Source: Acidobacteriota bacterium (GTDB taxonomy: Bacteria; Acidobacteriota; UBA6911; RPQK01; JAJDTT01). From it: 64,000 nucleotides of DNA. The DNA is taken from the NCBI GenBank assembly GCA_965217775.1, contig CBDCJH010000002.1:1408001-1472000 (forward strand), given 5' to 3'. Under the pieces are notes generated by a model. It saw nothing but the letters and a program-made list of their open reading frames with translations, was not told the origin of the DNA and did not search any database. Shown here one piece after another: positions 46,390 through 56,889 of the stretch (positions are counted from its first letter, which is position 1; each line of letters begins with the position of its first letter). Both the position numbers and the translations under genes were made by a program.

Positions 46390-49300
46390 TCACCTCAGAT
46401 AGATGAATTCCTTGGTGTTGAAGAGACTGTGGGCCACGTCCTTCCAGATCTCTTTGCTGGCCAGGATATGCTCTTGCGGGACTTGATACAAGCGTCCCAG
46501 CTTCCGGGTCAGGTCGCCAAACCGGGCCACCTCGTCGGGGCTCGGGGGCCGAGCGAACGCCCGGTTGAACATACGCCCCAAGCGCTCCCGGAGCGTCTCC
46601 CCCTCCCGTTCCAGCAGCCGGTCCGCCCAGTAGTCCGCCTGTTGGATCACGAAGGGGTCGTTGAGCATGGCCAGTGCTTGGGAGGGGACGTTGGTCACGT
46701 CCCGGCGCCCTCGGGAAACGGAGGGGACGGGGAAATCGAAAAGCTCCAGGAAACGGGCGCCCTCCATGCGGGTCACGCGCAGGTAGACACTCCGGCGCCC
46801 GTGGCCGTCCAATGGACCCGCGTGAAGCTTCCGGTATTCCTTGGTCTTCAGCCGATAGGGTTCGACGCTGGGACCGTAACGCAACGGATCGAGACGGCCC
46901 GAAGTGGCCAGGATCGAGTCGCGGATGGCTTCGGCCTCCAGCCGCCGGACCGGGTAGTGGTGCAGAAGCCGGTTCTCCGGGTCGATCCGGGAGGCTTCCT
47001 CGGTGGTTCGGCTCGACTGCTGGAAGGCTCGAGTGAGAACCAGCCGCCGGACCAGCCGCTTCAGGGACCAGCCGTCGGCGATGAACTGCCGGGCCAGATG
47101 GTCCAGAAGCAGGCCGTGGGAGGGTCTCTCGCCGAAGTTGCCGAAGTCGTTGATGGTGCCCACCAGACCTCGGCCGAAGAGGTAGTTCCAGACCCGGTTC
47201 ACCATGACCCGGGCGGTGAGGGGGTTTCGGGGGGAGGCAATGAGCTCCGCCAACTCCTGCCGGCCGCTGCCGTTGGTCTCCAGGGGCTGGCCGCCGGTGA
47301 GCACGGTCAGGTAGCGGCGAGGCACGGGATCGCCCGGCTTCTTGGCGTCTCCGTTCTGCAGCAGCGAATAGTCCCGTCCCGTCCCCATGTCCAGCAACGA
47401 GTTGATGGTCTGGGGCCGCGAGAGCCCGGATTCGATGGCTCTGTACTCGGAAATCAGTGCCGACAGCTTGGGAGTGAGATCGATGGAATTGTCCACGAGA
47501 TGGTTGGTGACGAGCCAGTGGACCCAGCGGACGTCGTTCTCGGTGGGCCTTCCCTGGGACCAGGCCTCCATGGCCTGACGGCTCCGCTCGGCATAACGCC
47601 GGGAGGCTTCCCGGGGATTTTGGGGCGCCGGGTCCCGAAACAAGGGCAACAAATGGGAAAGGTCGTTGTGAGGAGGATCATCCACGTCGTGGAGCATCGC
47701 CCGGGCGATGCCGAAATAGGATCCGGGCGCTTCCATCTTCTCCTCGGTGAAGCCCTTGATTCTCTTGGGCCGATCCGGGAGCCGTGGGTTGTTGGTCTTG
47801 GTGACCAACTCGACGTAGACGGCGTATCGCTCTTTGTCCTGAAGAGTCGAAACCTTCTGCCAGTTGAGATCGGAGCTGTCGAAGACTTCGATGCCCTCGC
47901 CCAGCATGCAGTTGTCCACGACCGCCCGGCGCCCTCCCAGCATTCCTCCCATGACCTGAAGGCTGAGAAACTTCTTTTCCTTGGTCAGGTAGGGGGAGCG
48001 GAGAGCCCCGTTGAGCCGTTCCGAAAGGGCGTGGGTGTAGATTCCCGCGGGATAGACACCGTTGACCGCCACCGGCCCCTCACGAGCCAGAGTGAATTCT
48101 CCGGACTGCGACCGGCCTTCGAGCAGTCCCACACCTTCGGGGTACCAGTCGCTCAGTGGAAGTGAAGTGAAGTTCTCCTGGTTGTATGCCTGGCGTTCCC
48201 GGATCTCTTTCAAGTGTTCCGGCGCCGCTTGCTCCCACAGTTCCCGGAATCGTTCCGGCCCCAGACCCACCTCGCAGGTGACCGTCGACCAGGGATAGAG
48301 GAAGCTCTCGGGGTCGACGCTCTCCTTCTGGAGCGCCTGGACCCACCGTTCCAAGCGTTGGGACCGGAGGCTTGGGCCGGCATCCGCCGCCCTTGGATCG
48401 ACCGGGGCCTGTGCGGCCAGGAGATAAGCCGGAATCTCTTCAACCTGTGTCAACCAGGCGGCGGCCAGTTCCGAACGAATCTGCGGCTTGAGGGCCCGCA
48501 ATCGCTGCATCAGGGGAGACTGGGATCCACCCGTGTCCAGGGTGCCGGTGACCGGCCGGGCACTGTTCAGAATTCCGTACAGGGCATAGTAGTCCTCGAT
48601 GGGAATAGGATCCAGCTTGTGATCGTGGCAGCGGGCGCAGGCGACGGAAAGCCCCTGGAAGGCCCGGGTGAGGGTGTCGATCTGGTCGTCCACCACATCG
48701 GTGCGAATTTCGCGGAACTCGATGCAGTCGTCGTGCCCCATCTCGCCCATGAGAAGGAATGCGGAACCGGTGGCCGACTCGTTGATGCCCAGCGGGACGT
48801 TGACTCGGGGACTCTCCAGCAGGTCGCCGGCGATATGTTCCCGGATCAGGTGATCGTAGGGAACGTCCTGGTTGAAGGCGCGGATCAGATAGTCCCGGTA
48901 GCGCCAGGCTCCCTTGACGATGTAGTTCCACTCGTAACCGTAGGTCTCGGCGAAACGCACCACGTCCATCCAGTGACGGGCCCAGTGTTCACCGAAATGG
49001 GGAGAATCCAGGAGGCGGTCCACGAAGTTGGCGTAGGCCTGCCCGGACGGATCCCGGAGCAACTCGTCCACACTGGCCGGATCCGGCGGCAGTCCCACAA
49101 CCGAAAAACTGAGGCGCCGGGCCAGGGTGCGGACATCGGTCCGCTCCGCCGGCTCCAACCCCTCCCTGCGGAGCGCCGCGAGGAGGAAGCGATCGACCGG
49201 GGTTCGAGACCAACTCTCATGATTCACCTGGGGTGGATCGGGATCGGCAACCGGCTGGAAGGCCCAGTGCTCCCGGGTCAGACGGGCGTAAAAATCGGGC

Positions 49301-49815
49301 TCTTCCGTGAGGTCCGGGCCTGCGGGCCACGGAGCCCCCATTTGGACCCAGCTCTCCAGATGATCGATCTCGGTGTCGGCCAGCATGCGGCCCAGAGGCA
49401 TCTTCAGATCCTGGTGCCGGACGGCCTGGATGATCAGGCTTTGGTCCGGGTCGCCGGGAACCAGTGCGGACCCTCGAAGGCCGCCTTTCAGGAGGGCCTC
49501 ACGAGAATCGACTCTGAGGGAGGAGAGCTGCTGCTCGGCGCCATGGCAGGAGTAACAGTTTTCGACCAACAGTGGGCGAACCTTCGTTTCGAAGAAGTCC
49601 ATGGCCTCGCGGTCGACTTTGGCGGCGGGTGGCGCCGAGAGAAGGAGCCGGCCACCGGAAAGGACCAGGAAGGGCAATAGAAGGAGACCAGCCGACAGGC
49701 TGCGCCTGACGTTCGGAGTCGCGATGGTACAGCGAAAAAGCACGTTCCTACCCGTGCCCAAACGATAGCATATCTTCCTGTCTTTGATGCACTTTTCTGA
49801 CGTTGGGTCAGTCAC
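46390..49815 (-). CDS. Planctomycete-type cytochrome c / DUF1549 / DUF1553 (PSD1) protein
   Basis: FFETKVRPLL..CYSCH, HWAF, GEHWARHWMD, CARCHDHK, NPLTARVMVNRVW, RRLEAEAIRD. True start probably lies downstream of 49815. Confidence 0.9.
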   Translation of the reverse strand: MTDPTSEKCIKDRKICYRLGTGRNVLFRCTIATPNVRRSLSAGLLLLPFLVLSGGRLLLSAPPAAKVDREAMDFFETKVRPLLVENCYSCHGAEQQLSSLRVDSREALLKGGLRGSALVPGDPDQSLIIQAVRHQDLKMPLGRMLADTEIDHLESWVQMGAPWPAGPDLTEEPDFYARLTREHWAFQPVADPDPPQVNHESWSRTPVDRFLLAALRREGLEPAERTDVRTLARRLSFSVVGLPPDPASVDELLRDPSGQAYANFVDRLLDSPHFGEHWARHWMDVVRFAETYGYEWNYIVKGAWRYRDYLIRAFNQDVPYDHLIREHIAGDLLESPRVNVPLGINESATGSAFLLMGEMGHDDCIEFREIRTDVVDDQIDTLTRAFQGLSVACARCHDHKLDPIPIEDYYALYGILNSARPVTGTLDTGGSQSPLMQRLRALKPQIRSELAAAWLTQVEEIPAYLLAAQAPVDPRAADAGPSLRSQRLERWVQALQKESVDPESFLYPWSTVTCEVGLGPERFRELWEQAAPEHLKEIRERQAYNQENFTSLPLSDWYPEGVGLLEGRSQSGEFTLAREGPVAVNGVYPAGIYTHALSERLNGALRSPYLTKEKKFLSLQVMGGMLGGRRAVVDNCMLGEGIEVFDSSDLNWQKVSTLQDKERYAVYVELVTKTNNPRLPDRPKRIKGFTEEKMEAPGSYFGIARAMLHDVDDPPHNDLSHLLPLFRDPAPQNPREASRRYAERSRQAMEAWSQGRPTENDVRWVHWLVTNHLVDNSIDLTPKLSALISEYRAIESGLSRPQTINSLLDMGTGRDYSLLQNGDAKKPGDPVPRRYLTVLTGGQPLETNGSGRQELAELIASPRNPLTARVMVNRVWNYLFGRGLVGTINDFGNFGERPSHGLLLDHLARQFIADGWSLKRLVRRLVLTRAFQQSSRTTEEASRIDPENRLLHHYPVRRLEAEAIRDSILATSGRLDPLRYGPSVEPYRLKTKEYRKLHAGPLDGHGRRSVYLRVTRMEGARFLELFDFPVPSVSRGRRDVTNVPSQALAMLNDPFVIQQADYWADRLLEREGETLRERLGRMFNRAFARPPSPDEVARFGDLTRKLGRLYQVPQEHILASKEIWKDVAHSLFNTKEFIYLR

Positions 49816-49934
49816 TTACACGGGATCTCGGCACTACTGATTTGCGCTGTCGCTGGTGTTCGGTTAGGGTCTCGATACTGTCTGGCCGAACCATTTGGGA
49901 AGGGATTTTGTCGGGGACTTGCGGGGAGGGAAGT

Positions 49935-51137
49935 ATGAATGCCATCAAGGGCGGATGTTGCTCAGTGATCGCACGTGTATTCTTTCTGGCGGTCCTTGCC
50001 GGGACCCTTTCCTGCGGCCCCCCGACGGATGGATCGAAGGAAAACATGGAGTCTGAAAAACTCTTCTCCCCCAACCTATCTTCTGCAGACTTCGGAACCA
50101 CACCTGAAGGCGAGACCGTCCGGATCCATACCCTGACGAATTCTGCCGGCCTCGAGGTCCGAGTCATCACCTACGGCGGCATCATCGTCTCGCTCCGGAC
50201 CCCGGACCGGGACGGCAATTTCGACGACATCGTCCTGGGATTCGACTCATTGGAAGGCTATCTCGCCAAGCATCCCTATTTCGGCACCCTGGTGGGACGC
50301 TATGCCAACCGCATTTCCAACGGCCGTTTCACACTGGACGGGGTCGAGTACAAATTGGCCCGGAACAACGGCGACAACCACATCCACGGAGGGATCAAGG
50401 GATTCGACAAGGTGGTCTGGCGGGACCGGCCGTTGGAGGACGATAACGGAGTCGGCATCGTCCTCGAGTACACGAGCGCGGACGGAGAGGAAGGGTACCC
50501 CGGCAAGCTGGACGTCCAGGTGACCTACACCCTGAACGGAAACAACGAACTGGTCTGCGACTATCGCGCCACCACGGATCGAGCCACGCCCATCAACCTG
50601 ACCCAACATTCGTACTTCAACCTGGCGGGGCAGGGGACGGGAAACGTTCTGAGGCATATCCTGGAGTTGAACGCTGCGGCATTCACTCCCAACGACGCCG
50701 AACTCATCCCTACGGGCGAGATCCGGCCGGTGGAAGGGACGCCTTTCGACTTCAGGACGGAGATGCCCATCGGAGCGCGAATCAATTCCCAAGATGAACA
50801 AATCCAACTGGGCGGCGGGTACGACCACAATTTCGTCGTGAACCAAACGGGCGAAGGTCCGTCTCTGGCGGCGAGAGTTCGAGAACCGATGTCGGGACGC
50901 GTCATGGAAGTGCACACGACGGAGCCCGGAGTCCAGCTCTATACCGGCAACTTCCTGGACGGGACTCTGACCGGCAAGGGTGGACGCGTCTACCAGCACC
51001 GCTTCGGCTTCTGCCTGGAAACCCAGCACTACCCGGATTCACCCAACCGGCCCGAGTTCCCCTCGACGATCCTGAGGCCGAGTGAGACCTACGAATCCCG
51101 GACCGTATTCAAATTCCCCGACGTCCGGGGAACCTGA
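49935..51137 (+). CDS. galM: Aldose 1-epimerase (galactose mutarotase) with a lipoprotein-like signal
   Basis: GRYANRI, HIHGG, EEGYPG, NLTQHSYFNL, GYDHNF, CLETQHYPD; LSC lipobox-like motif. Confidence 0.92.
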   Translation: MNAIKGGCCSVIARVFFLAVLAGTLSCGPPTDGSKENMESEKLFSPNLSSADFGTTPEGETVRIHTLTNSAGLEVRVITYGGIIVSLRTPDRDGNFDDIVLGFDSLEGYLAKHPYFGTLVGRYANRISNGRFTLDGVEYKLARNNGDNHIHGGIKGFDKVVWRDRPLEDDNGVGIVLEYTSADGEEGYPGKLDVQVTYTLNGNNELVCDYRATTDRATPINLTQHSYFNLAGQGTGNVLRHILELNAAAFTPNDAELIPTGEIRPVEGTPFDFRTEMPIGARINSQDEQIQLGGGYDHNFVVNQTGEGPSLAARVREPMSGRVMEVHTTEPGVQLYTGNFLDGTLTGKGGRVYQHRFGFCLETQHYPDSPNRPEFPSTILRPSETYESRTVFKFPDVRGT

Positions 51138-51150
51138 TTCGTCGCCGCTC

Positions 51151-52827
51151 TTACCGGGCCTTCCGACCGCCGACCGAACCGCCGGTGGCGTCCGTCACAA
51201 GAAACTCAAACGAATAGAGGCTGGCCTCTTCGAGGTAAAAACGCAGCCGGATCGGCTTTCCGGCCAGGGAGGTGACGGCGGAGCGCCCATTCCAGGTCAC
51301 GGTCTGGCGGAGAGCGTCTTGCCGAAGGGGATCACAATCCTCCCGGGTGTAGCCGTGAACGGGGTCCCCCCCTTGGTCCAGAACCTCCACCAAGAAACGA
51401 CCGTCCTCGGCATCGGCGTTGACGACCAGTTCATCTCCGGTGAAGGTGAAGCTCCTGGTGGTCAGGCTTCCACCCGGCTTGCCCGCTTGGACCGATACGA
51501 AGCCATCCAACCGCAGCTTCGCCAATCCGATGCCGTTGGGGAATCCGTCGACCCCGGGAGGACGGGTGTGATTGTGATCGACACCCACAGCAGAGTAGTA
51601 GATCCGGATTTCGTCGCCGTGGACCAAGGGGCCCTGCAAGGGATGGATGGCGCCCCAGTCGAAATCGCCGGGCTGAGTGGAAAGCGGAATGAAGACGTTC
51701 CGGTTCCCAGCGCGGTCCCAAGTCCGTCCGTCCCGGCTGGAAGTCAACTGCACCGCGCCTCGGCAATAGTCGGGGTCGTAGCTGAAGACCGTGACGAGGC
51801 CGATGCGAAGGCCCTCATAGGTCATGACCTCCATGTTGTAGAACTGGTCCCGATTGAAAGGATCTTCCGCGTCCGGCCCCACGATGACCCGATAATCATT
51901 CCAGTGAACGAAATCGCGGCTTATGATCTGGCTGACCCGCCGGATGCTGTGGTTCTCGGGAGCGCGGTTCCTCTGCGGGTCCCAGTGCCGCCGCCAACCC
52001 GCCCGAGCCTCAGGGTCGCTCACCAGGCGCGGCCGCACCTGGGAGATCCTGCCGGTGCGATCCCGGATGATCCCGACGTAAAGGCCGAGGGCTTCGTCCC
52101 AGTAGGCGACCATCTGGCTGTCGTGGCCGGGAGGTTCGAAAAAGACGGCCTTGCCGTCGTTGTACGGAGTCCAGTCCAGGCCGTCCGCCGAATGGGAGGC
52201 GTAGATCTTGTAGTCTCCCCGCATGTGCAGCATCTTGAAACGCTGGGACGAGTCCGCCTCGTGGAGGTCCAGGAAGACGCCGCTGGCCAAGCCGCCGTGA
52301 GGCACGACGATGTTGTTTTCCATCGTTCCCCGGTACCGGAACTTTCCCAGCCTGGGCTTGTCCCAACGGATGCCGTCGCTGCTCTTGGCGAAGCAGAGGA
52401 CCGCCTCTTCGTCCCCTCCGCTGCCGGCGTGCAGGCTGTACCAGAGCTTGAAGAGTCCGTCCGCTGGATCATGGAGAACGCTTGAAAACGCGATGGGCAT
52501 GCCCGCCTCCCACGCCTCCTCTCCTTCGGGAACTCTGGACAGGACCGGGTTGCCCTCGTACTTCCGCGGCTGGTTCAACCTCCGCTCCACACCTTCCGAT
52601 TCGGAGATGAGGAAGTCGTCGACGAAGAGCTGCCGGTGGCTCTCCAGAGCGATCGGCGCCTCCTCGGATCGTGCCGAAACCGGAGCCGTAGCCCTCAGAA
52701 CGGAGATTAAGGCCTCCGGGAGGTACGGCAACTCGATCCGGGCCAGGGGACCCGTTCCGCCCGTGGCCAGGACCAACTCCGCGGTCATTTGAATCGTTAC
52801 CAAGACGACCGTCCATGTTTTCGTCAT
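51151..52827 (-). CDS. Secreted beta-propeller glycoside-hydrolase-like protein (paralog 3)
   Basis: AGGAG RBS; RQLFVDDFLI, SSDGIRWDKP, SRDGRTW, LRLDGFVS, LYSFEF. Confidence 0.7.
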   Translation of the reverse strand: MTKTWTVVLVTIQMTAELVLATGGTGPLARIELPYLPEALISVLRATAPVSARSEEAPIALESHRQLFVDDFLISESEGVERRLNQPRKYEGNPVLSRVPEGEEAWEAGMPIAFSSVLHDPADGLFKLWYSLHAGSGGDEEAVLCFAKSSDGIRWDKPRLGKFRYRGTMENNIVVPHGGLASGVFLDLHEADSSQRFKMLHMRGDYKIYASHSADGLDWTPYNDGKAVFFEPPGHDSQMVAYWDEALGLYVGIIRDRTGRISQVRPRLVSDPEARAGWRRHWDPQRNRAPENHSIRRVSQIISRDFVHWNDYRVIVGPDAEDPFNRDQFYNMEVMTYEGLRIGLVTVFSYDPDYCRGAVQLTSSRDGRTWDRAGNRNVFIPLSTQPGDFDWGAIHPLQGPLVHGDEIRIYYSAVGVDHNHTRPPGVDGFPNGIGLAKLRLDGFVSVQAGKPGGSLTTRSFTFTGDELVVNADAEDGRFLVEVLDQGGDPVHGYTREDCDPLRQDALRQTVTWNGRSAVTSLAGKPIRLRFYLEEASLYSFEFLVTDATGGSVGGRKAR

Positions 52828-53086
52828 CGCAGACTCCTGGTTGGACCGGGGAAGTGGCGACATTATATCAACCGAATGACAGGAAATAAGAAGCAAGCCA
52901 CCTGGAGAGAGGACTCGAAGCCGAGGATAGGAGAACTCTTCGTCCGCTTCGACCGGGTTTTTTGCCTGACACCCCGCACCGTGGTCGGCAATCGACTGAT
53001 CCTGCTCGCCCACTCCGCCGGCATCCGTCATTTCGACGGTCAGACGAAGTTGGCCCGCCTTACGCTGCGGCAGTACTATTGACGGA

Positions 53087-55963
53087 GTGGAATTTTTCCA
53101 AGAGTTGTTCGGGACCTTTCTAATCGCCCTTGCGGTCTTTTTCATGGCTGGGGTGATCCTGACTCTTGTTACTGCCGTCCTTGGTTGGTCGCTCTATAAA
53201 GCTCGGCGACGGATAGACCAGCTTGTCACTCGCGCCACCAGCCTGGCGACCACGCTTGCCTTCAAGACGCCCTCGTCTCCGGAGGACGAGTCCGCTTGGG
53301 AGCCCGGTCCTGCCGGGTCCGAACGGACCGAATCACGACGCCCCTTTCGCTTCCGTGACCACCCCATCCTGACCATCGCTCTAGTTGCCGGTGTGTTCAT
53401 GATCTTCTTCGGAGGGTTACTGATCCCCTTTCTGCTTCTGGCCGCCTTTCCCGTGGTTCCAGTCGTCCTTGGAGTGTTGCGGTATAGAGCTCAACGGCGG
53501 ATACGGGCACTGACCGCTCGAATCAACGCCTTGGAAGAGAAGTTGGCCGCCGGATCGCCCTCGTCCCCGCCGTCCGCTGTCGCAGAACCGAGCTCGCCAG
53601 CAGCAGCGGCGGCAAAGAGGCCGGTGGAAGCAACGGAGGGGGTGGCCAATCCCGATCGGGAGCCGGATCCTGCGAAGCCGGCGTGGACCGATGCGCTGCA
53701 CTCGTTTCTCTTCGGCGGCAACACCCTCACGCGGGTCGGCGTCATCCTCCTATTCTTCGGCTTCGCTTTCTTTCTGAGCTACGCGGCCGAACAGGGCTGG
53801 TTCTCGATCCAGTTCCGCCTGGGTGTCGCCGCGGCCGCCGGCGTTGCCCTGTTGACGCTTGGATGGCTCCTGCGGGACTTGCGCCGAGAATATGCGCTTG
53901 CGCTGCAAGGCGGCGGCGCAGGCATCGCGTACCTCACCGCCTTTGCGGCCGTCAATTTCTACGACGTGATCGGTCCCGCGGCCGGGTTGTCAGCCATGAT
54001 CCTGCTGGTCGCGGTCACCGGGGCTCTGGCATTGAGGCAGGACGCGCCGAGTCTGGCTTTATTGTCTTCCCTGGGAGGATTCCTGGGTCCGGTCCTGGTC
54101 ACCCGCGACGCCAGCCACGTGGCTCTCTTTTCCTACTATGCCGTTCTCGACGTCGGAATCGTGGCCGTGGCATGGTTCCGGGCCTGGCGCCTTCTGAGCC
54201 TGCTGGGGTTCGTGTTCACGTTCCTGGTCGGCGCCTTATGGGGTGCTGCGTATTATCAACCTCAGCATTTCTCCACGACTCAACCGTTCCTGGCGCTGTT
54301 TCTGGCAATTTTCGTCGCGGTTCCAATACTGCATGCGTGGCGCCAGCCGCCGCGGCTTGTGGGGTTCATCGATGGCACCCTCGTCTTTGGAGTGCCGCTC
54401 GCGGCTTTCATCCTGCAGTATCGGCTCGCAAGCGGATTCGAATACGGTCCCGCCTTCAGTGCTCTCGCCTTTTGCGTTTTCTACGCCGTCGCGGCCGGCC
54501 TGGTCAGCGGACGCGGTCGAGATTCATTGCGGCCGCTGGTGGAATCGTTCGTCGCCCTGTCGGTCGTCTTCGGGATACTCGCAATCCCTCTCGCGGGTGA
54601 CGCGCACTGGGTCTCCATCGCGCTGGCTCTTGCGGGCGCGGCGATCGTCCGGATCAGTACGCGCCAAAATCGCCGTTTACTCCAGTTGTCGGGACTGGGA
54701 ATTCAGTTCCTGGCGGGCCTTATTGCAATCAGCGGGCATTCATCGAGTGCACCAGCGGTATTGGACATGGGGCACCTGACGGTGACGTTGGCCGGCATGT
54801 TTTCGGCCTGGTGCCTCCGTCGACGCCGGGTGGAGGGCGCGGATTCTCGTCTCGTGTCGGTTGTGGCGCTAGCTTGGGGATCGCTCTGGTGGTTTGGAAC
54901 CGGCGTCAACGAAATCTCACGGCATCTGTCTTCGCTCGACCAGGATTGTGCAAATCTTGGGTTTGTCGCCATCAGCGCCGCAGTATTCGCCCTGCTCCGG
55001 ACCCGGCTCGACTGGAAGGACTTGGCGTACCCGCCATTGCTCCTGCTGCCCGCGATGGTCCTCCTGACCATCGACTGGATCTTCACGACCTCCCATCCGC
55101 TCGTCGGCTGGGGCGCCCTCGCCTGGCCGGCCGCGTTCCTGATTCAGTATTGGCTGCTGTGGCGTTGCGAGACCGACTGGTCAAGAGCGACGCCCTGGGT
55201 CCACTGCGGCACGCTGTGGCTCGGCGTGTTTCTGGTTTGGCGGGAAGCCGTGTGGATCAGCGGGCAGATCGCCTCTGACGATCCAAGGTGGCCGTTCGTG
55301 ATGTGGGCCCTGGTTCCAGCTGTTTTCCTCTGTTCGCTTATGACGTTTCGGACTTTTCTTTCCTGGCCGATCGAACGCTTTCGGCAGATCTATCTCGACG
55401 TCGGGCAACTCCCCCTGGTGATCACCGTCTCGGTCTGGATGCTGGTTGCCAGCTTCCATGCGGGGGCTTCCCATCCGCAGAGCTATATTCCGCTCCTGAA
55501 TCCTGTCGAGTTCGTACAGTTGTTCTCCCTGGGTGTGCTGTTCCAGTGGTCCAGGGTGGACGCCGGCAGGAGGATAAGCGCGATACGGTGGCCGACTCTT
55601 GGATTCATTTCGTTCGTGGCGCTGAACGGGGCTCTCGCCCGCACGGCCTGCCGCTTCCTCGAGTTGCCGTTCGAGGCCCGCGCGCTCCTTTCCTCCGGGG
55701 TGTTTCAGGTCATCCTGTCTGTCGTCTGGACGACCGTTGCCCTGGTCATCATGCTCCTTGCAACCCGGGTGAGGCGGCGTCCCGCCTGGCAAGTCGGCGC
55801 CGCCCTGCTCGTGGTGACCGTGATCAAGCTGCTCTTGTTCGACCTCGCCGATACCGGCACGCTGACGCGGATCGTGTCCTTCATTGTCGTGGGCGGTCTC
55901 ATCCTCGTCGTCGGCTACTTCTCACCGTTGCCGCCCAAAGACGCGGAATCGAAAAATGACTAG
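53087..55963 (+). CDS. DUF2339 family integral membrane protein
   Basis: GGNTLTRVGVILLFFG, YALALQGGG, C-terminal KLLLFDL...RIVSFIVVG...GYFSPLPP; many TM segments. Confidence 0.85.
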   Translation: MEFFQELFGTFLIALAVFFMAGVILTLVTAVLGWSLYKARRRIDQLVTRATSLATTLAFKTPSSPEDESAWEPGPAGSERTESRRPFRFRDHPILTIALVAGVFMIFFGGLLIPFLLLAAFPVVPVVLGVLRYRAQRRIRALTARINALEEKLAAGSPSSPPSAVAEPSSPAAAAAKRPVEATEGVANPDREPDPAKPAWTDALHSFLFGGNTLTRVGVILLFFGFAFFLSYAAEQGWFSIQFRLGVAAAAGVALLTLGWLLRDLRREYALALQGGGAGIAYLTAFAAVNFYDVIGPAAGLSAMILLVAVTGALALRQDAPSLALLSSLGGFLGPVLVTRDASHVALFSYYAVLDVGIVAVAWFRAWRLLSLLGFVFTFLVGALWGAAYYQPQHFSTTQPFLALFLAIFVAVPILHAWRQPPRLVGFIDGTLVFGVPLAAFILQYRLASGFEYGPAFSALAFCVFYAVAAGLVSGRGRDSLRPLVESFVALSVVFGILAIPLAGDAHWVSIALALAGAAIVRISTRQNRRLLQLSGLGIQFLAGLIAISGHSSSAPAVLDMGHLTVTLAGMFSAWCLRRRRVEGADSRLVSVVALAWGSLWWFGTGVNEISRHLSSLDQDCANLGFVAISAAVFALLRTRLDWKDLAYPPLLLLPAMVLLTIDWIFTTSHPLVGWGALAWPAAFLIQYWLLWRCETDWSRATPWVHCGTLWLGVFLVWREAVWISGQIASDDPRWPFVMWALVPAVFLCSLMTFRTFLSWPIERFRQIYLDVGQLPLVITVSVWMLVASFHAGASHPQSYIPLLNPVEFVQLFSLGVLFQWSRVDAGRRISAIRWPTLGFISFVALNGALARTACRFLELPFEARALLSSGVFQVILSVVWTTVALVIMLLATRVRRRPAWQVGAALLVVTVIKLLLFDLADTGTLTRIVSFIVVGGLILVVGYFSPLPPKDAESKND

Positions 55964-56122
55964 AGATCTGACAGTCCTGGACGGACATGGAGGCGAAAGA
56001 ATACGCGCCGAAGAGATGGGACCTGCCGTATCGAAACCCGACGGGGATCTATGGCCTGCCGGACGATGCTTTCGATTGACCGTCAGGAAATCCCGACCTG
56101 ACCGAGAGATTCAGGCGCTGTA

Positions 56123-56794
56123 TCACTTGCGCCCGACCAGCACCGAAATCGGAGTTTGGCTCCAAATGCGCATGGCGTCGAAGCCCGCCCGGGTCATCGC
56201 CTCCAGCTCCCGTTCCAGTGGGAAATACGTGTCTTCATCCGACCATTCGTCGAAGTGCCGGTAGGCGCGCTCTTCAGGGATCCCGCGCGAGACCATGTGC
56301 GCCGCCCAAGCCGCGAAGTCCGCAGCTTTGCGAGAGACATCGTCCGGCATGGTCGCGTCGCCGTTGACGAACACGCCTCCCGGGGTCAGCACCTTGTGGA
56401 CCCGTTGATAGAGTTGGGCTTTGGAGTTCAGATCCGGTACGTGATGCATCGCCAAAGAGGCGGCAACGGCGTCGCAACGGGGAAGGGCGTCATGGAATGA
56501 TTGCCTTCTCAGGCCTACTCGCTCGCCGAACCGGTGCAGTCGCATTTGGGCGCAGACCAACATTTCGTCGTCGACGTCGATCAACTCGACGACGCACTGG
56601 CCGCACTTCTCCAGGATCGCCTCGGAAAGAGCCCCAGTTCCGGCGCCCAAGTCGAGCACCTTCTTGGGCTGGCTGAAGGCGACCGCCCGGGCAACCTGCT
56701 CCAGCATTCGATCGTAGCCGGGAATGAACTGCCGGATGATCTCGTCGTATTCATCGATGTCGAGATGCAGGTGCCGGCGAACGGAGTGGCTCAT
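56123..56794 (-). CDS. Class I SAM-dependent methyltransferase
   Basis: FIPGYD, VLDLGAGTG, SLAMHH, LTPGGVFVNGD motifs. Confidence 0.9.
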   Translation of the reverse strand: MSHSVRRHLHLDIDEYDEIIRQFIPGYDRMLEQVARAVAFSQPKKVLDLGAGTGALSEAILEKCGQCVVELIDVDDEMLVCAQMRLHRFGERVGLRRQSFHDALPRCDAVAASLAMHHVPDLNSKAQLYQRVHKVLTPGGVFVNGDATMPDDVSRKAADFAAWAAHMVSRGIPEERAYRHFDEWSDEDTYFPLERELEAMTRAGFDAMRIWSQTPISVLVGRK

Positions 56795-56889
56795 GAGACC
56801 AAGTAACCATCGACAGGCCGGGCGGGCGAAGGCGGAGCTACGATCGCAACTTTTCTTTCAATCTCGTGACGGCTCTCACCACGAAACGT

